Shown here: positions 1 to 9,936 of the stretch, one piece after another
How the letters are laid out: each line of letters opens with the position of its first letter
How positions within the stretch are numbered: position 1 is the first letter of the stretch
Source: Azolla caroliniana
Taxonomy: Eukaryota; Plantae; Polypodiophyta
Assembly: GCA_043228905.1 (NCBI GenBank)
Contig: JBHGNT010000502.1
Coordinates: 1 to 22,537, forward strand
DNA: 22,537 bases
Direction of reading: 5' to 3'
Position numbers and translations under genes: made by a program
Notes under the pieces: generated by a model
The model's input: the letters and a program-made list of their open reading frames with translations, nothing else
Told to the model about the DNA's origin: nothing
The model's database searches: none

Positions 1-503
1 AATTACTGACACACCATTGAATTTGCTCACATTCATCAATTTGCCAGTCGCAAATCCAATGAAAAATTACAAACTGCTCTACTGAGTTTGGTGATATTTT
101 TCTCTGAATTAAATTTCTCTGCTCCTTTCATGCATAAAATTTTGATAAGAGAGAGAATCACAAATTTGGTACAAACACAAGGAAAAACCACATTGATTTC
201 TTTTACGGTGAAGTATACCATTCCAGGAACAAAACACGCAAAGCTTAAAAAAGTCAGGTTTTTTCTACTCGAATCTATAGACGGTCGTGAAACGCGTGAA
301 AGCTTTGTACTCGTCATTAGACGGCCCTGTCAGGGTTTCGAGTTATAAATATTCCAGCAAAAAAGGGTATAGTGCTCAATCATTACAGCAAAAAAAAATT
401 TAAAAATCACTCATGGGATCTGGGTCGAACTAAAAAAGGACTCGTTAGAGCTTCCGGTTGATATATTTTGGGGCAAAAGTAAAATATGTAACAGAAACGC
501 ACA

Positions 504-722
504 GGGGTTTAGGGTTGAGGGGGTTCAGGATCAAGGTTTCCAGTCTTTAGGTTAAAGGTTTGGAACCGGGGGGGGTTCAGTATTAAGGGATGAGAGATTA
601 GGGTTTCAGTAAGTAAAACCGTTCGCTAGGGATTAAGGTTTTAACCATTATGCATATAGATTTGACCTTACTTCGGGGATATGGTCTAGGTCGTAAGCAT
701 CTAAGACGTTTGTAGGGTTTTA
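504..722. repeat. Cluster of degenerate telomere-like/telo-box motifs (TTTAGGG/TAGGGTTT)
   Basis: TTTAGGGTT at 508-516, exact telo-box complement TTAGGGTTT at 598-606, TAGGGTTTT near 713, plus several AGGTTT/GGGTT variants, all G-rich on the + strand. Confidence 0.5.
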
Positions 723-788
723 ACCATATGAAAAACCTGGTTCTGGATCATTAGAGGTTAATCATATGAGGGTCATGTATCAATCATC

Positions 789-1048
789 TTAGAAGTAGCC
801 ACCCAGAGAATGAGGGGATATGTCGCCGAAATGAAGCTGTTGTTAACAAAGAAAAGAAAACAATAGAATAGAATATGAGTCTTAGGTAGAGAGAGAAGAA
901 TAAATGGATGGATGGATGAATGAATGATTACCTGTGTAAGATGTGGGCGATGGTAGAAGATACATTCTTGATCTTCACAGAAGGATGTCCACAGCTTCAT
1001 GTACAAGCGTTCTGCTGTCTCTAGCAAGAAAGCCAAGAAGAAACCCAT
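789..1048 (-). CDS. Putative spliced small ORF / uORF, exons 1048-932 and 836-789, 54 aa: MGFFLAFLLETAERLYMKLWTSFCEDQECIFYHRPHLTQLHFGDISPHSLGGYF
   Basis: ATG at 1048. Donor CAG|GTAATC at 932/931. A 95-nt T-rich intron has a long pyrimidine tract and ends TTGTTAACAACAG at 837. The phase-0 join reads on to TAA at 791-789. Both exons are higher-complexity sequence than their flanks. Confidence 0.45.
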
Positions 1049-1230
1049 ATCTTTCTCCTTTCTTTCTCTCTCTTTGAATGCCTGTGTGTCCGTCTCTCTC
1101 AATCTCTCTGCTCTGTATATTTCTCTGTTTCGATGTAGGAGTGAGAGAGAAACCTGCCATTCCATTCATGTGGGTGTAGCTGTATATATATATGTACATA
1201 TAGAGATAGATAGATATGGTTTTTGTTTTT

Positions 1231-1545
1231 GAAAAGAAAAGAAAAGAAAAGAAAAGAAACCCTATTTTCTTTTGCTTCAAAACCCAGCAAGCTTCCATTA
1301 TCATCATTCCAGCGTGATTCAGAGAGAAAGAGAGAAGGACAGACAGACAGAGACAGTAGAGAGAGAGAGATGATGGGTACATGGATAAAATATAACTGCC
1401 TTTCCACATTCTCTGTACATTCAGACATACATACATACATACATACATACATGGGCCATCATCATCATCATCATCATCATCATCTGTGTGTGTGCTTCTT
1501 TCTGTGTTTGTTATCTCTCCCTCTTGTGTCTCTCTGTCTCTCTTG
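1231..1545. repeat. Compound microsatellites (GAAAA)n, (GA)n, (ATAC)n, (CAT)n, (TG)n, (CT)n
   Basis: Directly visible, e.g. (GAAAA)n 1231-1258, (ATAC)n about 1426-1450, (CAT)n about 1457-1483. Confidence 0.9.
1320..1400 (-). promoter_or_regulatory. Possible core promoter / transcription start region of a minus-strand gene (AT-rich box followed by CT-rich Y patch)
   Basis: The minus strand reads GTTATATTTTATCC (about 1396-1383), then a (CT)n/CTGT pyrimidine tract (1370-1320), followed by a series of GT-AG splice-like signals. Confidence 0.3.
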
Positions 1546-1635
1546 TTGTTATGCTACTATTGCCTATGTCATATGTCATGGCAAAATTTTATGTCGGTGT
1601 CATGTTCCTCATGTTCCTTTTTCGTTCTTTCTTTC

Positions 1636-1875
1636 TTTCTTTGTTATTAGAAATTAGGTCACCCTAGTGGTAAGTTGTTATGCTACTACTGCCTATGTCA
1701 TGTTTTCTTCGTATTCTCGAATATACGTTTTATGAGTTTTTGATCGTTTCTTTTTTGCTTTCTTTGTTATTAGAAATTAGGTCACCCTAGTGGTAAGTTG
1801 TTATGCTACTACTATTGCCTATGTCATGTTTTTTTCATATTCTCGAATATACGTTTTATGAGTTTTTGAACGTTT
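1636..1875 (+). repeat. Tandem duplication, about 123-bp unit, 2 near-identical copies plus a partial copy at about 1546-1572
   Basis: TTGTTATTAGAAATTAGGTCACCCTAGTGGTAAGTTGTTATGCTACTAC starts at 1641 and again at 1764. Confidence 0.93.
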
Positions 1876-2084
1876 GATTATAATTTATAATGACATATTT
1901 TGATTCAATCTATATAGTTCATACTCATGTTTTTTTGTAAAGTTCTAAAGTGAGGATGATAGAGACGTCTTGATTCGCATCCCAAAAGTATACATATGAT
2001 ACAATGTAAATATTGCAACCATACTTATGTTGGTGATTCACAATGGATTAGAGTCAACTTATTGGGATTGAGAGTGAATCAATA

Positions 2085-2199
2085 TATAATATAGACCTTA
2101 GTCAATCCAATCCAACTTTGAGATTATTTACCATACACGTTTGATTGAATCATTCTCGAATGTAAATGCACGTATGATACGTATGGTTCATTCTATGGA
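2085..2199 (+). repeat. Partial copy (right end) of the small MITE-like family at 5294-5550
   Basis: ATAATATAGACC...CCAATCCAACTTT...AATGCACGTATGATACGTATGGTTCATTCTATGGA matches 5421-5552. Confidence 0.8.
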
Positions 2200-3063
2200 T
2201 CATGTATGTATGTATGCATGGATTGACCCATGCGTGATATTCGTGGTATTCTCAATACTCAATATTCATAATATTCGAGAATGTCTCGCTCTCTCTCTTT
2301 AAACCCTAATCCCCAAAGAGAAGGAAGTGACATGTGTATGGAGTATACATACATATAAGCATGTATGTATAGATATACTCCATCCATACATGCATATAAG
2401 CATGTATGTATATCTGTAAATTGTAATAATGTATGTATGTGTCTTCTTCTTCTTCTTCTTGTGTGTTTGTGTATAACATATAAGCATATATGTATGTATG
2501 TTGTTGTTGTGTGTGTGTGAAGTCAGGTTCCTAGGATAACTTATTTGCTTCTTCCTCCCTATAGATAATTAAGAAAGGATCATTGGGGAGGGGGCCCTAT
2601 TTCATGTGTTCTATTAAAAAAAAACCTTGCGTCATCTTGGCCGCCTGCCCACCCATCATGTCCTTTTGGGGGTTGTTTGTTCTGTCGCGATCGATATTCG
2701 CACCCCTACATATCATTGCAACCCCCAACAATTGCAATACATGGATCCTACACACACGATGCCTATATTATCTTTGGCAATAATAGTAAGTGGCAGCGAT
2801 ATAAGACCTAGAGGCGAGAGGGGTGAGGTTGCTTCATGTGTGGACAATGGAACCCATACATGAGCCTTTGCTCCCAACTGTTCTCCTCATAGACTAACTA
2901 TTGGTATGGCATAGGATATTGATCCTCCCCATAAAGTAAAAGAGTTCAATGGAGAAGTTATTAGATCTCTTTTAATGTCATATGGATTCTCATGTGCATG
3001 CATGTATATATGTATATGAATGGGATTTCTAGGTTTCTAAAACTTGAGCTTAGGTTAATCTCC

Positions 3064-3385
3064 AAAAACAAGGTTTGGGCTTCTCAATGGCTTAATCATT
3101 AAAGTTGTTCCTTGACCTCTAGATTTAATTGCACACAACCTTGAGAAACCATTTCACAATCATGGAAACCCAAGAAGAAAAACAAGGTTTGGGTTTCTCA
3201 ATGGCGTAATCATTAAAGTTGCTCCATGACTCAAGATTTAACTGCACACAACCTTGAGAAATCATTTCACAATCATGGAACCCAATAAGAAAAACAAGGT
3301 TTGGGTTTCTCAATGGCTTAATCATTAAAGTTGCTCAATGACTCTGGATTTAACCGCACACAACCTCGAGAAACCATTTCACAAT
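3064..3385 (+). repeat. Tandem repeat, 112-114-bp unit, about 2.8 copies
   Basis: AACAAGGTTTGGG(C/T)TTCTCAATGGC starts at 3067, 3181 and 3293; the units are highly similar. Confidence 0.95.
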
Positions 3386-4639
3386 ATGAGTGGCTTAGAT
3401 TTGTGTGAGTGACGCATTCTAGCCATATGTGGATGTCGATATGTATTATGTTTGCTAGATGTCAATACTTTGTCTACTTATTTTCACATGGCATTGTCTA
3501 AACCCCTTACAAAAAAATTGGCTATTAAATGTTTTAGAATATATACTCAATTATGTGTGGCATCCCATGTGGGGACTCGAAATGTTTTTATCATTTTAAG
3601 AATGAGCTTGTTCAATTCCAAAAAGGAACTAATCCGATTTATTTAATTTTGTCTTCTTTCATTGGTTTACTCAAGTGTCGTAATATTTGTGTGTGATTAA
3701 ATTTTTATTTTGTTTCTTAAGTGGAAGTGTTTTAAGCATTCAAGGCTATTTATTTAATGAAAATGGATGTGTGAGCGACATGAAAAAACAGTAGCAAAAG
3801 GCATGAATGTGAACAAACTCAATGGTATCGGGCTTTGTGATTAGAGAAAATGACATTTTCTTCTTACATGGATTGCAAAGCAAAGCAAAAGAAAAGAAAA
3901 ATGATGATTATAATGCATGACAATTATCTTTAGGGTCATAGTTGGAGGAGAATGTCTATGATTCAAGAGGTGGATAAATAGGAGTTTTGATGTTGTTGGA
4001 TTGCCCATCAATGTCTTGTGTGTTCCTTTAAAGATGGCACACTTACTTTGTGGTCATTTCCAAAATGCCACATGTATTTGCCGAAAAAAATATGGGCGTT
4101 CACGAAGATAATGATATGATTAGGAGCTCACATTGTTGGACATGGACGATCATAATTATATGTACAATAGATGTCTATGGACAAGGATAGATGGTTGTGG
4201 TTATGCATGGTTTTTTCATGCATGCATCATTAACATAGCGTGGATGTGTCATGTATTAGTCATACATCATGCATGTGTCATGGATGGGCTACGAGACAAG
4301 ATAAAATTTTGAACTTTTAAGAGCTCCCCAATCTTGGTCAAAAGCTTACCTTCATGCATGAAAGGCCTCATGAATAAGGAATCTCGCCTACAAGAGTCTC
4401 CCCTAAAGGCAATTTCCCACAATATTGAATACCCCAATATGAGGGGGTTTTAACCTTTCCCCTTTGTGAGCTCTTAAACTTTCCATATCACACACCTAGA
4501 GCTATAAAGTATGGATGTATAAGGCATAGCCTTACTCTATGTATAAATGAATTCGTCATTAATCGAAACATATTAGATTATATTTTTTCATCAACCCTTT
4601 TGCTAAGCTTATGACTTGTGCTTCTTTATAGATGTCTCT

Positions 4640-5208
4640 ATACTAGGAATAATGGTATAAAGTCATTCATGTAAAGTGTAGTACTAACATATTGGTAAAC
4701 GATTAGAACGTAAAGCTCCGCCACATTGTGCAAGATGTGGTGGGCGATTGGAAATGGTCTCACACTTATTATGGAATTGCTCATTCACTACAACATTTGT
4801 ACAAAGACTAAGTGCATCTCTTTATCACAAATTTCTTGGCCAAAGGTTTGGTAAACACTTTTGGCTATTTGGACAAATTCCGTGCGCCCTATCCAACCAT
4901 GCCTATTTTCTCCAATGGACACGATTTTGGGCACTATGGACCATTTGGATGGCTCGCAATAATAAAGTCTTTGATCGAAACCAACTCCATGAAGTTAGCT
5001 TTTTTAAGCAATCCCTTAGGCAATCTCTATTTGATTGTCTGCAACTTAGAGACATCATAGTGCAAATTTACAATCTTTACTTTGAGTGCTTTAAAGCTTT
5101 TTAGTGTCTAATCGACACTTGTACATTTTTCTTTATTCTTTGTGGGTTTTCACCTAACTTTGAGGTTTCCCAATAGTAATAAAAGTGTTACTAAAATAAT
5201 AATAATAA
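4640..5208 (+). mobile_element. 3' fragment of an L1-clade LINE (ORF2 C-terminal zinc-binding region, 3' UTR, AAT tail)
   Basis: The frame from 4691 reads ...PPHCARCGGRLEMVSHLLWNC...WALWTIWMARNNKVF. This is the CxxC-E-H-C motif plus WxIWxxRNxxVF typical of the plant L1 zf-RVT region. Stop at 5104, AATAAA at 5178, (AAT)n at 5195-5208. The 5' boundary is approximate. Confidence 0.85.
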
Positions 5209-5293
5209 CTACAATGACTTTGCGTGATTAGAAGTTGTAAATATACTCATTCTCAATTGTAATTGATTTCTTAGGTTAAATCATTGTTATAAT

Positions 5294-5550
5294 CATAGAA
5301 TGTAATATTCGTGTTCGTGGAGGCATTCAAACGTTTGAAAACGTACACGTTTGAAAGGGGAAAAATACGTGCTCCTTTTTTTTTTCTTCTTTTCATTTGT
5401 TTTCATTGCAAATTTAGCCCATAATATAGACCATAGTTAATCCAATCAAACGTGTCAAACCAATCCAACTTTTAGTTGATTTACCATTCACGTTTTATTG
5501 AATCAAACACGAATGCGAATGCACGTATGATACGTATGGTTCATTCTATG
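5294..5550. mobile_element. Small MITE-like element with 9-bp terminal inverted repeats
   Basis: Begins CATAGAATG (5294) and ends CATTCTATG (5550). TTATAAT occurs on both flanks, offset by a few bases on the right. Related segments lie at 2085-2199 and about 22281-22310. Confidence 0.55.
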
Positions 5551-6843
5551 GAACTTATAATTGTGAAAATGAAATTAAACATCGCATTTGCAAATTATCA
5601 ATATTTTGGAAAATTATCCTTACCAAGTTACCAACATGATGGGTTACCTTTCATGTTTCCCCCCCCCCCCAAAAAAAATAGCTACTTTCCCATTAGTTAA
5701 GAGAGATTTTTATAGAAAGACTATACAAGAAAACGAGGAATCACTCAATACTTTGGTCTTAAAACATTCAATGAAAGGCTTGAAGGCAATGCATATAAAT
5801 AATGCAACTATTCTATACTATAACCTATAGAAAGGTTAAAGATGATATGTGATGTCATGACTCATGACCCTCTAGTCATGCTCCCTCTTACAAAATGGGA
5901 GCACATGTGGTGAAAGAAAAATATGAGAATACAAAGCAAAAGGAATGAAAGTGATATAGTGTGTTTAAGGCTTGTCTTCCCAACCTTGGGGCATGCCAAT
6001 ACAACTTTAGGGATATTATGCATTTCTAGCCCTGTTTAGCACAAATTTGGTGTTGTGTGTCCATCTTTATGCCTAGGGACATCTCAAGATAGTTCCACGA
6101 TGCTTATCATGGGGACATACCACCCCCCTAAGAGACTAATCATCATTCTCAACAATGACTACCGTGCCCATCTTTGACTCCAAGTAACATGGAGCGGATG
6201 ATGACCTCTCTAAGACACCAAAATTTGACAAAAAGTGTAATTCATAGACTTGTTCTCTTGAATGTCTACAATACAATGAAATCTTTAGTCAAGTACCAAA
6301 TAACTCTACAGTTCCACGTTACCATTCACCGCATTGATCATAGTTTAATTAGTGTAAGCATGTGTAAGAGGTTATAGGCAAGAGGAATGTAGAGCATAAT
6401 TGTTTTGAGGTAGGACACTTTTCATAATCACTTAGTCATCTTGTTGATCTTCGTCCTATTCGCGATGTCTTTCCCAATAGGATGACAATGTGATTTTAAC
6501 ACTTTGCCTTGACCACTTCTAATCTACATACTTCTTGCTTATGACCTCTTTGTGCATGTATGCACAAATTGGAGAATACCATAGACAAGTAGGAACAAGA
6601 CAACATGAGTCCACAAATGAACACAAATTTTTTGATAAAAAATATACAATAGAAGCATATGTTTGCTATCTTACAAAAATATACACAGTTATAACTTATT
6701 CCTATATCGATCATTACATGTTATGTGGTTATCCACTCACTTAGCTTCTTAATGATTTGTTCCTTGGGTCACCTAAATAAGGGTTTCTTTCTCGTACTAA
6801 ATTGGTCTTAAATTCTAATTCTAGGCTAAGGTTTAAACCATAC

Positions 6844-7306
6844 TGTAAAGAATCAGATATAATTCTTGTGTAGCGGAAGAGATGTGTGTTATGTGTATGT
6901 GTGAGAGGAATTAGAGAAGAGAATAGAAACACAAGATAGATAAGCTAAATAAATGAAATACTCAAGAATAAGATGTGTATATTCACAAGTAGAATGAGAA
7001 ATACAAAATGTAGCATTACAAGGAGTCACAACCGACTAGTATGAAGTATGAGGAGGGTGCTTTATATAGAGTCACCCTCTCTTTTCATTAACTTACAACA
7101 ACCACTCTCTCTCTCTCTCTCTTGGGGAATGTGAAGACTCGTAGTCATGGGGAATATGTAACTCATTAGTTATGTGTCATAGAATATGATTCTATGACAC
7201 ATAGTTAATGTGTAGAGAGTAGTGGTGTGACTCTTGACCTTTGAGTAATCATAGATTCTCAAAAGTGCGTTCACACGTTGTGCTATGTTGAGCTTGATTC
7301 TCAACA
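6844..7306 (-). mobile_element. Solo LTR (463 bp), probably Ty1/copia-type
   Basis: TG...CA termini with imperfect inverted ends TGTAAAGAATC / GATTCTCAACA. Perfect 5-bp TSD CATAC at 6839-6843 and 7307-7311. The minus strand has a TATATAAAG box (about 7068-7060) and TTCCGC near its 3' end. The superfamily assignment is inference. Confidence 0.88.
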
Positions 7307-7654
7307 CATACAAATGATGTCATGGGTAATAAAATTTGTGATACCATTCCCCTTCTTTGATGTTGGGTTCCATTAGTCATGTCGCACAAAGTGGGACATT
7401 AGTTATTAAGATATTGCTAATAAATGTTTGATACAAGAATTGGAGCATCAACAATATTCCTTAGAGGCTTGTAAGTGTGACCATGGAACTATATAGCCTT
7501 ACCAATATGTGAGGTAGTATAATTTGTTATGCATGATCTTAGGGACCAAAATCACTTACAACCTCTGTAAATCGCCGGTCAACAAGCTCAACTAGAGGTG
7601 GGGGGTTAGGGACACTTGATCTAGAATAGAACTCGAAATAAGCATAAAACTTAA

Positions 7655-8475
7655 TCAATCTAGAAGGCAATATAATCCATCATTTATGCTTTTGGAGTAC
7701 AAAATAACTTTAACCTCACACTCTAGTCCATTAATGAACTCTGACGAAATAAACCGAGTTTGAACCAAAAGCATGAGGCACCAACAATGACATACGAACA
7801 CTATATGGAAATACACATGTGGCTCGAAATTTAGACAAAACACAGTGTAATCGATTTGGTTAAAGATCACAAGTGAACCAATAATTTGTTGATGTCACTT
7901 ACCACATGGCTCAATAGTTTTCACATTGTATTGTAACAACCACACATGATCCCTACCTTAAAACCTTGTCGTCGTTTCACGAATATTTGAGATGATGATG
8001 ATTTCGAGGTCAAATTGGGGTTTTATAAAATCTTCAACAATAAGACTCTTGGAGACAAAAAAAATAGGGTGATGACATGGGTTTACAAGGAATGAAATTA
8101 TTATAAACAAATTATACGAAATGTAAGACGTGAACCTAGTTGTCTTGTTGTTAGCTAATGAAACAACAAATACGCCACTCTAACATTTGATTGATACATT
8201 TGGTTTGTCAATCCTTCAGTGGATGATAACTTGAGGAGAGCTGACAAAAAAATACGAATAACATGAATAAATGCTTTAAAAACTATGACATGAATCGTGG
8301 CCCATGATTGCTAATAATGTCATCTAGAAAACCATGTGATCTTGGAAACACCTTCACATAACCAAAAGTGACGTTTCCTTCTTATCGATGGTCTTAATGT
8401 AGGGAAGTGTACCATCTTTGTAAACTGATCCACCACTCTCCAAGTGACATCAAAACATTTTTGTATTTCTGTCAT
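7655..8475 (-). mobile_element. Heavily decayed Ty3/gypsy chromovirus pol fragment: integrase core, GPY/F module and chromodomain
   Basis: With frameshifts and stops the minus strand reads FDVTWRVVDQFTKMVHF; HGFLDDIISNHGPRFMS; LSSSYHPLKD*QTKCINQMLE; QQDN*VHVL; FVYNN; FKVG/HVWLLQYNVKTIEP; IGSLVIFNQI; FHIVF; LECEVKVILYSK...LYCLLD. These are collinear with gypsy integrase motifs and a C-terminal chromodomain. Confidence 0.85.
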
Positions 8476-9344
8476 GCATGCAAACGAGACAAGCGCAATA
8501 TACAATGCAATAGAATAGAAGACGAGGACCAAGACCAAGACCAAGACCAACGAGATACGTTTCTTATTTTTCTCCTTCACACTCTTTTCATTAAACAAGT
8601 CTTTATTTATAGGGGTTACTAATAACTTCGTAGGACAAGGTTTCTTAAAAGAACACATTATCTCTTAATTACTTTGTTATTCAAAAATACGTGTTTGTAA
8701 TTTAGGACAACTACCTCTTTGATGGAGATTAACCAACTTGTACAAGTTCGTACATGCTCATATAATGTTACTTAGTATGTAGTATATAAACCTTTTCCTT
8801 TTAACTTTTCAAACCAAGTTTGAACCAATCGATAAGGCCTTCTCATATGTATGTTCTCCGCATATCCATGGGCCAACTCCTACATAGTGGAGGTTGACTT
8901 ACTAGTGTACACAAGTGAACAAGCAATTTATTGAACCCCTTTTCATGCTATCCAATATATACACTTTACATGTGTGTTTCTGAAAGCAATTGATCACATA
9001 TTCGATAATTGTCTCATTGCAAATCCATTCATGATGCACGACGAATACATCAACGGTTAAGACTTTGAGATGGATCAACTGGCCAATCAATCAATGTACA
9101 GAAGTGAAGGAGGAGTGATCACAAGGGCCTCACAAAGCCAATCAATATACATGCACTATCAACAACTTTTCGAATCAGGTTTCTCAAATACAACAGAGTG
9201 TTGTGCTGCCTCGAATGAAATTCTTCATTATGAAAACCTCAGTGATGGTGAAGATAACCACCATGATAACGTAAGCATGCCAAGCTCTTCCTTTCTTGTG
9301 CGTGGTGTAAAGCTTGAATTAACACGGCCAATGCCCATGATGCA

Positions 9345-9520
9345 TTGCATATGCTTGCGTGTATGTGTGTGTATGGATGTACATATGTACGTGTATATGC
9401 ATGCATGTATGTATGTACTTATGTACGTATGGTATGTATTGTAGGTATCATGTATGTATGTATGTATGTATTGTATGTATTGTATGTATGTATGTATTTA
9501 TGGGTGTATGTAGAGATAGA
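9345..9520. repeat. (TATG)n/(TG)n low-complexity tract upstream of ClpB3
   Basis: Directly visible GTAT/TATG repeats. Confidence 0.9.
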
Positions 9521-9584
9521 TAACAACTCGGGTGATGAAGAATATATGAGAGCCACATGGGGGCACATTGAGACAGACAAATAG

Positions 9585-9625
9585 AGAAAAGAGTAGAATA
9601 GAACAGAATCGAATAGTGTAGAAAC
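9585..9625 (+). promoter_or_regulatory. Array of nGAAn units, possible step-type heat-shock element
   Basis: GAA starts at 9586, 9596, 9601, 9606, 9611 and 9621, all on one 5-bp register, 70-105 nt upstream of the ATG of an Hsp100 gene. There are no inverted TTC units. Confidence 0.3.
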
Positions 9626-9690
9626 AGGGTAGAGCATATCAGAGCGTAAGTACTCCACAGAGTAGAGAGGTTTCCTCAAAAGCTTTAATC

Positions 9691-9936
9691 ATGGCTGTAT
9701 TTGTTTCTCCTTCTCCTCCTCCTCCTCCGTTATGTCTCAGGATCAACTCAGAAAATACTCTGCCTCGAAGCTTTTTTCCAGGGCGTCTCTCCATGTCGAA
9801 TTGGAGCATTAGGAGAGATGTAAGCGTTTTCAAGAGGTCTATTGGCCTCACAAATGGTTCTTCCTCCAGAATCAGGCATGTTTTTACAGAGAAGAGGATT
9901 TCTCGGAAGAGTCTCATTTTCTGCCAAGCAGGAAAG
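9691..9936 (+). CDS. CLPB3: ClpB3 exon 1 (transit peptide, 82 codons)
   Basis: ATG at 9691; [12 protein letters not shown]...IFCQAGK is rich in S/R/P and poor in acidic residues; donor AAG|GTAAGG at 9936/9937, phase 0. Confidence 0.85.

Noticed and set aside
265-345. GAAACGCGT and CTAATGA motifs suggesting a hammerhead ribozyme
   Set aside because: The two motifs lie on opposite strands, there is no CUGANGA core, and stem II cannot be formed; it looks like a short degenerate duplication.
988-1008. TCCACAGCTT resembling the start of miR396
   Set aside because: Only about 10 nt match and no complementary hairpin arm was found.
1223-1657. 144-aa + strand ORF with a poly-His run
   Set aside because: Built from (GAAAA)n, (GA)n, (ATAC)n and (CAT)n microsatellites; no domain, and the splice signals favour the opposite strand.
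3064-3385. Regularly spaced repeats as a possible CRISPR array
   Set aside because: Whole units repeat with no unique spacers, and the context is eukaryotic with spliceosomal introns.
4275-4370. DGLRDKIK/ELLRAPQSWSKAY, reminiscent of gypsy gag
   Set aside because: Needs a frameshift and is too short to support a call without a search.
6200-6620. Minus-strand MLYIPLAY..L and CPTC, faintly like a CACTA transposase
   Set aside because: The motifs are short and not in a consistent frame or spacing; probably TE-derived but unassignable by eye.
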